From assembly GCA_965223665.1 (NCBI GenBank), contig OZ245011.1:2080001-2144000 (forward strand): a stretch of DNA of 64,000 nt, read 5' to 3'. Shown here in pieces: positions 49,990-59,631 of this stretch; positions within the stretch are counted from its first letter, which is position 1; every line of letters starts with the position of its first letter. Source of the DNA: Nitrospinaceae bacterium. Lineage in GTDB: Bacteria > Nitrospinota > Nitrospinia > Nitrospinales > Nitrospinaceae. Both the position numbers and the translations under genes were made by a program. A model generated the notes under the pieces. The model was not told the DNA's origin and did no database searches. It was given only the letters and a program-made list of their open reading frames with translations.

Positions 49990-51603
49990 ATGGATAAACG
50001 AATCGAGGGTTTAATTACCAATGCCAAAATGTTGGCATCTACCGGATCCTACCAGGAAGCGATTTCTGTATTCAATCAGGCTATAGAAATTGATCCTACT
50101 AACATCGCCCTTTGGGTCAGCAAAGGCAACACCTTAATCAAAGCGGCCTTATACGAAGAAGCGCTCATTGTTTTCGAAACGATCTTCGTATTGAACCCAA
50201 ATTTCCATCTTCTCTGGAATCCATATCAAAATGAGTTTGTCGAATCTCTTATAGGTATCGATCCTAATGTATCTATTCACTTTCACGAAATAAAAGCCGA
50301 ATCCCTGACTTTAGACAGCTTATTGGAGCTGGTGATCATCAACAAGGTCAAGGAGGACTCGGAAGAAAGTGAGAACGAAGAATCTTCTCCTCCACCGGAA
50401 GACACAAAGGACACACCTGAAGAAAGTGACGACTTGCCAATAATTCCCAAGGAAGATCCTTCCGTTCCCCCTCTATATGTCAACGTCACTAAAGGACCGG
50501 GAAATAAAATAGGCGGCGACAAATTAATGGATGATAAGGTAGGCGAAGATAAGCTGGCCGATGAAAAAAAATTCAGTGGCAATAAACGACCCATCATCAC
50601 TGAAACCGATTCCGACATGAACTACAAAGTCGTTCGCACTTTTTTTGCCACCGATCGCAACCGTACCGAGAAGGACTCACCCAAAGACATGTTTGGGACG
50701 GAACGGTCCAGTCTCACCTACGGCGTGTGCGATGTCAGCATTCCCCGCAATCATACCATCGGAGAGTTGGAGTCACCTTCCATTTTACGGCTGGAGTTTC
50801 GCGAGGATCCGGAAAAACATGTGGTGTTACTAAAAACGGAGGTTAAAGAAAAGGAAGGGTTCTTTGGAGAAATTGCTCAATGCATTCAGGAAGGTAAAAC
50901 CAAAAATGCCTTTCTGTTTGTGCATGGTTACAATGTAACGTTTGAAGATGCCGCAAGAAGAACCGGGCAAATGGCTGCCGACCTCGATTTCGATGGCGCG
51001 CCGGTGTTTTACAGTTGGCCGTCACAGGGGAACTTTCCGTCCTATCTTATCGATTCACAAAACATCGAGTGGGCACAAACCAATCTAAAAAACTTTTTGC
51101 TGGAGTTTTTTGCGGACTCTACCGCTGACAATATTTATCTCATCGCCCACAGTATGGGCAACCGCGGGTTGACACGGGCCTTGATTGCGCTGCTTAAAGA
51201 AAAGCCGGAGTACAAGGAAAAATTAAAGGAAGTGATCCTGACCGCACCGGACATCGACGCCGATGTGTTCAAGCGGGATATTGCCCCCGCGCTTAGCCAA
51301 TCGGGAAAACCCATCACGCTTTACGCCTCTTCCAAGGACAAAGCGTTGATCGCCTCCAAAAAAGTCAACGGCCACCCCCGCGCCGGGGACTCAGGTGAAG
51401 GATTGTTGATCCTTCCCGGAATGGAAACCATCGATGCCACCGGGGTCGATACCGGTTTCCTCAAACACTCCTATTTCGCCGAGAGAAAATCCGTTTTGTC
51501 AGACATTTATTATATTGTCCAAAAAGGAATCCGCGCCGACGACCGCTTCGGCCTCGAACGCAAAGACACCCCCACCGGCCCCTACTGGGAATTTAGAGTT
51601 TGA
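49990..51603 (+). CDS. TPR + acidic/GDK-repeat linker + DUF900-like alpha/beta hydrolase
   Basis: N-terminal TPRs; FFATDR, FVHGYN, YSWPS, IAHSMG, APDID, HSY motifs. Confidence 0.85.
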   Translation: MDKRIEGLITNAKMLASTGSYQEAISVFNQAIEIDPTNIALWVSKGNTLIKAALYEEALIVFETIFVLNPNFHLLWNPYQNEFVESLIGIDPNVSIHFHEIKAESLTLDSLLELVIINKVKEDSEESENEESSPPPEDTKDTPEESDDLPIIPKEDPSVPPLYVNVTKGPGNKIGGDKLMDDKVGEDKLADEKKFSGNKRPIITETDSDMNYKVVRTFFATDRNRTEKDSPKDMFGTERSSLTYGVCDVSIPRNHTIGELESPSILRLEFREDPEKHVVLLKTEVKEKEGFFGEIAQCIQEGKTKNAFLFVHGYNVTFEDAARRTGQMAADLDFDGAPVFYSWPSQGNFPSYLIDSQNIEWAQTNLKNFLLEFFADSTADNIYLIAHSMGNRGLTRALIALLKEKPEYKEKLKEVILTAPDIDADVFKRDIAPALSQSGKPITLYASSKDKALIASKKVNGHPRAGDSGEGLLILPGMETIDATGVDTGFLKHSYFAERKSVLSDIYYIVQKGIRADDRFGLERKDTPTGPYWEFRV

Positions 51604-51610
51604 GATTAAG

Positions 51611-51985
51611 CTAAGATTCTTTTTTGAGGATTTGGAGGATTTGGTCCCACTGTTTGCGAAACTCGGCATCAAGGCGTGCATGTTCGTTGTCCAGGTGACG
51701 CTGTTGAAAAAATTCCACCTGATTTTTGAGCGCAGCCATTTTTTCCGAATTCTTCTGCACAATCTCAGAATTCTTGCGGGTCAATTCCTGCAACGTTCGC
51801 ACCTGCTCTTTCACACCGCTGATAATGACCTGCGACGTGATCAGTGTCGACCCGCCCCAACCCACTAATCCCAAAAATGCAATTGTAAGAATTTCTCCAA
51901 TCTTTCGACTGCTGATTCCGCCACCGTTACCATTTGGTGCAGCAACTCCACGATCACATGATACATCATTGATCCTGTCTCCCAT
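51611..51985 (-). CDS. Small TM + coiled-coil protein downstream of the tail fibre
   Basis: GGAG upstream; ILTIAFLGLVGWGG then heptads. Confidence 0.6.
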   Translation of the reverse strand: MGDRINDVSCDRGVAAPNGNGGGISSRKIGEILTIAFLGLVGWGGSTLITSQVIISGVKEQVRTLQELTRKNSEIVQKNSEKMAALKNQVEFFQQRHLDNEHARLDAEFRKQWDQILQILKKES

Positions 51986-52081
51986 GAACCATCCTACTCC
52001 CAGTTAAAAATGATTCGCTATGATTCGAGAATCTTTTCCTGTTTTAACTTCCAGCATGGTTCGAGATTCCTTCCTTCTCCG

Positions 52082-55021
52082 TTAAGAAACTATCGCTCTA
52101 TCTTGAACGCGCAACCAATTCGTCCCATCACTGAATGCTACGGTTGCTCCACCCGTTTCATCCGAAACATAAATAAGCCCCGAAGTGGTAGAGGCTGAAG
52201 GTAATGTGGCCACGGTATACTCGGGCAAATCGACATACTGCGAGGAGTAAGAGGTTCCTATTATTCCTCGATCGGTTACCCGTCGCCAATTGGTCCCGTC
52301 GCTGAATGCCACAGTTGCCCCTCCGACATCGTCAGAAACATGGATATAACGTCCAGCTGTTTTGGACATCGCATTCGCGCTGGATACTGTATGAACCGGC
52401 ATGGTTAGGTATTGATCCTGATTGGGTTCATTAATGACAGGAACTGTTTTTCGGCCTCCATCAGTTTGAGAAAAGGCAATGGCTCCCTTACCACCATCGG
52501 CGTCATCGAGAAACCAGCACATGCCCTCCATTAGAGATGCCCACGGAAGGACCGAATCTGTAGTGGTTTCATCATTATGGGTTCTGGTTTTCCAAAATAA
52601 ATGAGTTAAACCATAAAACGTTCGTCTTGCCTCGGTATTGGATTCATTTGTGATTCCCAGCCCATTGCCCCAATGAAGTTTTCCGCGGTTAGAATCCACC
52701 GAACCTTCATTATGTCGCATCCCAAAAATACCTACATTTGCGCAAGTTTGAAAATCGACATAACAACTGCTGTCTTCTGCAACGTAACCATAAATCATGT
52801 TATTAATATTAACCTGGTTTGATTCCGGGCCGAATTTACTTTTTATATAAATCCCTGTATCACGGGTGAATGCATAATTGATATCTTCGTCTCCTGAAAC
52901 GGTAATAACCGTTTCGGGTGTAATGCTTCCGGAAACCACCGTAAAGTTACAGGAACCCGATCCAACACTGGTCAATTGAACTCTGACATTCGCGTTCAAA
53001 CCCAAATTAATTGTAAGGTGATCGCCCACTCCCAATTGAGTTGTGTCAAAGTCGGCTCCATTGGAATCAATGCTGGAAGCATTTACATCCACAGAAGTGG
53101 GTTCAGCTAAAAACAAAGGATTGGCCGGTGAGGACCCTGAGATAATACCTTCCGTCATGTGGTCGGCAGAATACCCAATGATTTGAAGAGTGTCGGCCTG
53201 ATGAACCACAATCCCTAAATGGCCCCATCGACTGGTGCAACCAATTAACCGGTGCCGGGTCGAACCTTTGTGCCGGCTGGGATCGGTGCTTCCCCAACTT
53301 GGATCATAAAAGAAAAATCCAACAGCAACCTCAATGGTTTTCACGTTTTCAATGTAATCCCAATAACTTCCCTCGGTGGTTCCCGCGACCACTACACCCA
53401 CGCTGGCATTAACAACCAGGATGTCTCTCAGAGTGTTGTGCACTCCATAGCTTGTAGAATTTTCACCGGATACTGTTAAGCTGTTCCAGGCTATGGTTTC
53501 ATTAGCCGCTACATTTGCTACCGTGAGGGTTCTACGATCTGAAGAAAGAGCCGTCGAAACATAAGCGAGATCATTCGTTCCACCAGCAGTCCCGGAAATA
53601 TCGTAAGTGTCTCCAATTTCTCCTAACCAATAACTTCCGGAAGGCAGGGTGATAGTATTTGCCGTGCTGTCAAAAGTGACATTCGGGTTTTGCCCCGGAG
53701 TAATCGCGGCGGGCCAGAAATCTCCATTGGTTTGAAGGCTGGGAGGAACCAGACCCACACCAATCATATTTTTTGCATAATCCCGTCGATCGGTTTCCAT
53801 ATCAATCCCAATTCCCTGAACCGTCGTCTGGGCGGTGTTGATCCGAATCATCATCATATCCGAGGTCGGGTCTTTGGGTTTTAATATCGTATTGTGTTCT
53901 CCACCTCCCACAATACGAACAAATTTACTGGTGACTTGGGCAATGGTTTCAAAATTCATTTCATCTACATGAATCCCAACCTTTAAGATAGTACCGTTTG
54001 CATCCGGCCACTTATCGATCCAGGTCACCCCATCCAGATAATAGGTTCCGGGTGGTATGTAAACCACGCCGCCGGTTAACATACAGTCATTGATCGCCTG
54101 CTGAATTCCAACTGTAGCATCATGTGCTGGGTTATTAATTTGGACATTATAGGGAGCTTCCGTCACGTTATAGAACTGAGCGCCCAAACTTCCACCGCCT
54201 CCCCCGCCGCTGGCGTTGATGGTGATGTCGTCCGCATTATTATCGATGGTGACGTTACTCCCTCCGATGATGCTTTTAATCGGCGTGTCCGATCCGACTT
54301 TGGACTTCACCAGCCCGGCACCTGACCCGCTATTGGAGTTTGTGTTGATCTCAGCGGTCGTATTGACCGTCACCTCGCTGGTGTCGTCACTGACGTTGAT
54401 CAGGTTACCGCCCTGAATGGTTTTCATCTCAAAATCGACACCCGATTTTTGTTTAAAGACCTGACCCGTTCCGGTTCCCACATTGGACATGGTGTTTTGC
54501 TCTCCCACCTCAACATCACTCGCCACAGCAGGATCTCCGTTCGAATCAAACATGAGAAACTTATCCGCACGCAGCGTTTTTGTCGGAAGCTCGGTATTGG
54601 AACTTCCATCGGACACCGGTATCGTGACGGAACGTCCTGCTTTTTCAAAAGCGCGTCGTGCCAGTTGTGTGTTTTTGTCCAATGCGTTTTCGACGACCTG
54701 CGGATTGAAACCGCCACCGATGGTCAGGTCTTCCTGCTGAGTGAACGGCGGTTGATAAATGAGGTTCAACTTTTCGCCGCTGGGTAAAGGCGATCCTATG
54801 ACGGGATAGGTGAGAGTGCCTCCGGGATTCTGATCCTGGTCGGGATTCAACGTCAGCGAAAAATCCGAATCCAGCACTAACGTGTCATCATCGATACCCG
54901 CCGCGTTGGTATGAATGACCTGCGCTTTGGTTTTATCGACAATTTTTGTGGTGATGGGCCAGGACGTGGTAACCCCGTTGCCTAAAAAAGGACCGTCCTT
55001 AATATTCTCATTGGTGATCAT
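52082..55021 (-). CDS. Podophage-type tail fibre/tailspike (T7 gp17-like anchor, pectate-lyase-like beta-helix, duplicated C-terminal module)
   Basis: ATG 55021 with GGAG SD; GNGVTTSWP...FNPQVVENALDK; DATVGIQQAIND...VVYIPPGTY; two VSDxxGGATVAFSDGTNW units. Confidence 0.85.
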   Translation of the reverse strand: MITNENIKDGPFLGNGVTTSWPITTKIVDKTKAQVIHTNAAGIDDDTLVLDSDFSLTLNPDQDQNPGGTLTYPVIGSPLPSGEKLNLIYQPPFTQQEDLTIGGGFNPQVVENALDKNTQLARRAFEKAGRSVTIPVSDGSSNTELPTKTLRADKFLMFDSNGDPAVASDVEVGEQNTMSNVGTGTGQVFKQKSGVDFEMKTIQGGNLINVSDDTSEVTVNTTAEINTNSNSGSGAGLVKSKVGSDTPIKSIIGGSNVTIDNNADDITINASGGGGGGSLGAQFYNVTEAPYNVQINNPAHDATVGIQQAINDCMLTGGVVYIPPGTYYLDGVTWIDKWPDANGTILKVGIHVDEMNFETIAQVTSKFVRIVGGGEHNTILKPKDPTSDMMMIRINTAQTTVQGIGIDMETDRRDYAKNMIGVGLVPPSLQTNGDFWPAAITPGQNPNVTFDSTANTITLPSGSYWLGEIGDTYDISGTAGGTNDLAYVSTALSSDRRTLTVANVAANETIAWNSLTVSGENSTSYGVHNTLRDILVVNASVGVVVAGTTEGSYWDYIENVKTIEVAVGFFFYDPSWGSTDPSRHKGSTRHRLIGCTSRWGHLGIVVHQADTLQIIGYSADHMTEGIISGSSPANPLFLAEPTSVDVNASSIDSNGADFDTTQLGVGDHLTINLGLNANVRVQLTSVGSGSCNFTVVSGSITPETVITVSGDEDINYAFTRDTGIYIKSKFGPESNQVNINNMIYGYVAEDSSCYVDFQTCANVGIFGMRHNEGSVDSNRGKLHWGNGLGITNESNTEARRTFYGLTHLFWKTRTHNDETTTDSVLPWASLMEGMCWFLDDADGGKGAIAFSQTDGGRKTVPVINEPNQDQYLTMPVHTVSSANAMSKTAGRYIHVSDDVGGATVAFSDGTNWRRVTDRGIIGTSYSSQYVDLPEYTVATLPSASTTSGLIYVSDETGGATVAFSDGTNWLRVQDRAIVS

Positions 55022-55028
55022 GTTCGAC

Positions 55029-55164
55029 TCCACAAACAAAAAAGCCCCGCTGCCACAGGTCCCTCCTGTGGAGCCGGGCGTCGCGTTTGCGGTGGTCCCA
55101 ACCAAGGCAATTATTTAGTTTTCATTCCTTATTATTATACCAAGTCCGGCCCCATTCGTCTGCA
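55029..55164 (-). promoter_or_regulatory. Conserved promoter + structured leader/terminator, copy 1
   Basis: TGGTATAAT extended -10; GGGACCACCGC..GCGACGCCCGGCT-hairpin-CAGCGGGGCTTTTTT; homologous to 63220-63353. Confidence 0.75.
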
Positions 55165-55262
55165 TAAATATTGTTCCACACTCAATTTTTCCAACCTGCG
55201 ATTGGGAGAGGAGAAACACATCAACTATCCTTTCACATATAATTTTGATACAATCGGTAGTT

Positions 55263-55742
55263 ATGAAACGAATCTTGTTTACATTGTTAATGGCTGTGGT
55301 TCTGTGGGGTGGGATTGCGGTGGAAGGTGTTCTGGCCGCGGATCGGAATTATATGGTGGAAAATTGCGAGCGGTCGGTCGCCTGGCCGGAGATATTACGG
55401 ATTATCCGTTGGCACGCTCCTGAGCTCAAAGAATTCATTGAAAAAAATGTCAAGCCGACGCAAGAGAATCCTAAACTCACTGAAGAGGATCATAAGCAAG
55501 TCGAACAATTTGACAAAAACATTCAGTGGTACGTCTCCGAGTGCATTCTCTTGATGAAAGAGATCAATGTTTTGGTGAAAGCCGTGCATGATATAGACCC
55601 CGAGGAAACTTTTATAATTGGTTTTAACATTAAAAGGTCTTTAGTAATGTTAGATATTCCCTTTATTTACCATTACAATAAGAAATATGATTTCGTATTT
55701 TCCGTTAATTTTGCGCCGTTAACACCGGATAAAACTTTCTAA
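55263..55742 (+). CDS. Secreted hypothetical protein opposite to the tail cluster
   Basis: ATG 55263; signal MKRILFTLLMAVVLWGGIAVEGVLA; two Cys. Confidence 0.7.
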   Translation: MKRILFTLLMAVVLWGGIAVEGVLAADRNYMVENCERSVAWPEILRIIRWHAPELKEFIEKNVKPTQENPKLTEEDHKQVEQFDKNIQWYVSECILLMKEINVLVKAVHDIDPEETFIIGFNIKRSLVMLDIPFIYHYNKKYDFVFSVNFAPLTPDKTF

Positions 55743-58700
55743 CAAAAACCATAACTTCTTTGGGCAAATATTTAATTACTTCAACAAAATGATCTTCTAA
55801 ACCCATTTTGTTATTATTAAATGCCGCTTTCCTTTGAGCTTTTTCAATTGCTTCTGGTTTAGAAACATAAGCAGCTAGAGCAAATAACAACGGATTCTTT
55901 GTGTCCTTGAACTGTGGCATTATATTTTTAAACAACCACCACATCCCAGCCTGAATGTTGGTTTCCTGATCCGTCAGGATTTTTTCCGGAGTCCAACCCA
56001 GTTTTTTATTCTCCTCATTCTCCGCAATCAACTTAGCGGTGGCCCGTGTAATTCCCATCGGGCCCATCCGCTTTGCTTCCGGTTTATCATTCGGATCGGT
56101 TGGGAACCCATTCTTCACCATGATGTTCATCACCTGCGCCATCTGATCGGTAGACATCGACACCGACTCCTGAAACCGCTCGGCAATTTGTAACACACTC
56201 GCCTGCCGCGCCTGCTCCGTCGAAAAGTCCAAAGGCGTCGCCTCGGCTATTTGCCCCGATTCAGTTCTCTGCTGATCCTGCCGCTTGCGCCGGATCAACG
56301 CATCGATCAATCGTTCCATATGAGGCTGAATCTTTTTATTAAACTTTTTCACGAGTCCTTCTTTATTTTTTTCCAACTCCTCCAGAGAAAATTCAGCATC
56401 CACCCGTTCGAGCACCCGAGTCACATTCTCCGGTTTGACGCCCGGCGCATACAGCATGGAATCCCCAATCTGATAATCCATCGCCAACCGCGGATTATTT
56501 TTCCACAGTTCCCGCATGTCTTCTGCATTGAGTCGTGTGAGTCCTGCAGCAAAACTATTTGAGGAAGCTTGTTCCACTTTGGGGTTTTGAATCGATTCTT
56601 GATCCGCCAGCATTTCCTCATTAAAACCCTTATGAATTTTTTCTCGGACTTTCTCGTTATAAAACCCGGGTTCTCTTAAATTTTTATAGATAAGTTCATG
56701 ATTCGCTTGCGCATTTTTATGCGACCCCGGTCGGCGCATGTTGACCAGCACCTCTGCCATTTGAGTCCACCCCGGGTCCTTTCCGGTTTCCCTTAAGATT
56801 TTACCGATAATGTCGAATGTCGTTTGCGGTAACCCGATCAGTTGATCTAAAGTAATTGTATAGAATTTGGATGCATCTTCATCTTTCTTAGTCGGATTAT
56901 GCAACGCCGTGGGAAGCCCAACCAAAACATAAATTTCTTTCGGATCTTTCCCTTCCAGATCATCCGCCGAAACCCATTTGCCTCGGTAATGGAGCTTATC
57001 TTTCATCCGACCTCGGATCAGGGAGTTTTCTATTTTCGGACTCGGTGTGGTTCCCTTGAACAATTTAAATTTCAGGATATCTTTGTTATATGCCGATACC
57101 ATGGTATTCAGACTTTTATCATTTATTTTGAGGTTTTCATTTTTCCTGAGAGCTTTAAACTTTTCCAGGTTTTGTAATTGAGCTTCCTCCAGGGGCGGCG
57201 TGTCTAAAGGAACCACGATGCCGGGACCGGAGGAAGAAGAGGAAGAGGAAACAGAGGGACGTTTTCGAGGATCCGGTGTTTGAGCGGCCAGGATACTTCT
57301 GTCCCACAATATCTCCCGTTGGGGCGTGTTTGCTTTAACTCCAATATCGGCAATTTCTTCGCCAGTTAACCTTCTTCCCAACTCCTTTTCCTTTTTCATG
57401 ATATCTTCAATGACCGCAAACACATAGAAATCCTGGTAATCCGCTTCAATCTCTTCCGACTTTATCTGCTGCAAAATGGTAGACACTTCCTCTTTTTCTT
57501 GTTCATACGAGGCACGGAGTTCGTCGATATTAGGAACCTCTTCTGTCTTTGATAGTTTTTCTGCTTTATAAAGGTCGTTGGCCGCTTTTCCAAAACGTGA
57601 TAAAAAAGTGACAATGGAAGGAGGGGCCCCGCGTTCCTCTAAATGGAAATTCGTGTTGGCCAGCCTTTCAAAGCCCAAAGGGTTGGAGGAAACCGCTCCT
57701 CTCAGAAGATCCGCCCAACTTTTGCTGCGATTAAGTTCGATTAAACCGCCGGTGAGGTCTTCTTCCGACGGTTCCCTCGAAGCAAATGGGGAAAACGAAC
57801 CATCGTCCACCGTTAATTTAAATTGACCTTCCTGAGAAGATTCCTCCCCAAACCGATAGCCCGCTCTATCCTCCCATCTTTGGATTAACAATTCCTGTGT
57901 TTTACTGTCCAGAGCCAGCCATTGATCCAGTTTGGTAATTTCCGGTAATGGCACTGGAGTTTCCCCCTTATCAATGAATTGCCGGATATAAACAGAATTT
58001 TCATATTGCGTTTCCATTTTTTTCAGGGTTTCTTCTCGATCTTTATAGGCCATAAAACTTTGCGCCGCTTGCCGTATGTTAGTATTCGGCTCATCGGTCA
58101 ATGCCCGAATTTGCAAATCTTTCGGCAACGAAAAAATCTCGTTGGCCAACGCCTCCCCCGCTTCCAATTCATATTGTCGTTCGATCCTTGCTTCTAATAC
58201 CGCAGTGTCCGTTTCCCCAAACTCCTTTTGATGTGTCGTGAAATACTCCCGTGCCTCCCTGGCATGGCCGGTCTTTAACAGACGATCGATCACCGTCAGG
58301 TTCACCGTACTTAACACATGCTGCCATTCCCGGTTTTCACGTTCCTCCGTCCAACCGAGCAGTCCGGCAAAATGTTCCACCGACAAAAACTCATCGTTTC
58401 AATCTGCTCCTCACCCAACCGGGCCACCAGGGGAGCTACCGCTTCCGATCCCTTACCGGGAATGACTGTGGGATTGCTCTTTAAGTTATCTAAAATTTTC
58501 TGAAACTTTTCTTGGGCCGAGAAACTATATTCATTGTTACTGTCCGGAAAGACTTTTAAAATCATCGGATCGGTTTTTCGTCGCAACTTGAGCGAATCCA
58601 GTCGCGGCATTTTCAGGTGCTGTTCCATAATATTGCGGAGGGTGATGGGTTGATCCATTTCCCGCAATTGTTTTCCGAAATGCCAGAGGCGCGGGCCATG

Positions 58701-58837
58701 AGACTTCCTTCCTGTTTTAAACTTTCTACCGTTTCGTTTTCTGTGTTGGCTTTCAGGGTGGATTCATCCACCGGATTGTCCTGCGATAGCTTGGCACTGT
58801 TTTGACCGGTTTGTTGTTTTCTTATTTTTATTCCCAT
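55705..58837 (-). CDS. Large internal-virion/ejection-like protein with degenerate SLT domain, split by two 1-nt frameshifts
   Basis: ORFs 58837-58613, 58667-58311 and 58386-55705 join when one base is added to runs 58671-58674 and 58397-58399; C-terminal NIQAG/ALAAY SLT-like motifs. Confidence 0.65.
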
Positions 58838-59139
58838 AAGGTTTCAGTTCTCAATTGGTTTTTGGTTTGAAAATATGAAGAGATTGGGAGTTTTCTTCCC
58901 TGAAGAATGGTGTAAAATCCGATTGGATCCCTTATTTTTTTGCTGGAGGTCAATTACCCCGGCCCGGCCCCTGGCCGGCGGAACCATAATATTCGGGACT
59001 CTCTTTTTACCGGAAAAATTTCCCGTTTCAAATGGCCTATATATATAATGAACAAACTCGTGATTTTTTTCTGGTTTAGCGGCAAATTGAGTCGTTTTCT
59101 GCCTCTTTCCGACGCCAAATTCGGGTAAAAAATCGAGTT

Positions 59140-59631
59140 TTAAGCTGATTTTTCCAGGAAGAGATGCTCTGCACCAGAAGCTGGGATTTCTTTTGTGGTT
59201 ATATACCCCTTCGTGGCGTACCCCAGTTTCTCGTAAATTCCCAGGGTACGCTTCGCTTCCACTTCGGTACTGATTCCCAATGTGATGACGCGTGCCCCGT
59301 TGTCTTCGGCCCACTGTTCAAATACTTTGATCAGTCGAACGCCCAGCGATCCGCCGCGGTGCTCCGGCACAACGTACACTGCCAAATCGGAGGCCATCAA
59401 ATCGTATCCGAAATAATGTTCGGTTATAAAACCAATCATCATCCCCACCGCTTCACCTTCCTTTTCAGCAATAAAGATACTGCCGGAGGGAATCAAAGCT
59501 TCTCCCAACTGTCTGCACTTGTCCTCACTGAAATCCATCATGCGAAAACGCGGACTTTCCTGATGCATGCGTTTGCCCATTTCCATGAGCATCGGAATGT
59601 CGTCCAACGTCGCCTGCCGTATATTAGCCAC
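59140..59631 (-). CDS. GNAT acetyltransferase at the podophage tail-module position
   Basis: GTG 59631 overlaps the upstream stop; IRQATLDDIP, YVVPEHRGGSLGVRLI, YEKLGY. Confidence 0.85.
   Translation of the reverse strand: MANIRQATLDDIPMLMEMGKRMHQESPRFRMMDFSEDKCRQLGEALIPSGSIFIAEKEGEAVGMMIGFITEHYFGYDLMASDLAVYVVPEHRGGSLGVRLIKVFEQWAEDNGARVITLGISTEVEAKRTLGIYEKLGYATKGYITTKEIPASGAEHLFLEKSA

Noticed and set aside
55029-55110. c-di-GMP-I riboswitch or HDV-like/twister ribozyme identity for the leader
   Set aside because: Only partial word matches (GGGAC, GCAAA, GGCAGCGGGG); the required GNRA-capped stem or nested pseudoknot could not be built
58844-59314. 156-aa ORF as a missing small internal virion protein
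   Set aside because: Overlaps the GNAT gene out of frame and lacks the expected Ala/Gly/Gln-rich composition
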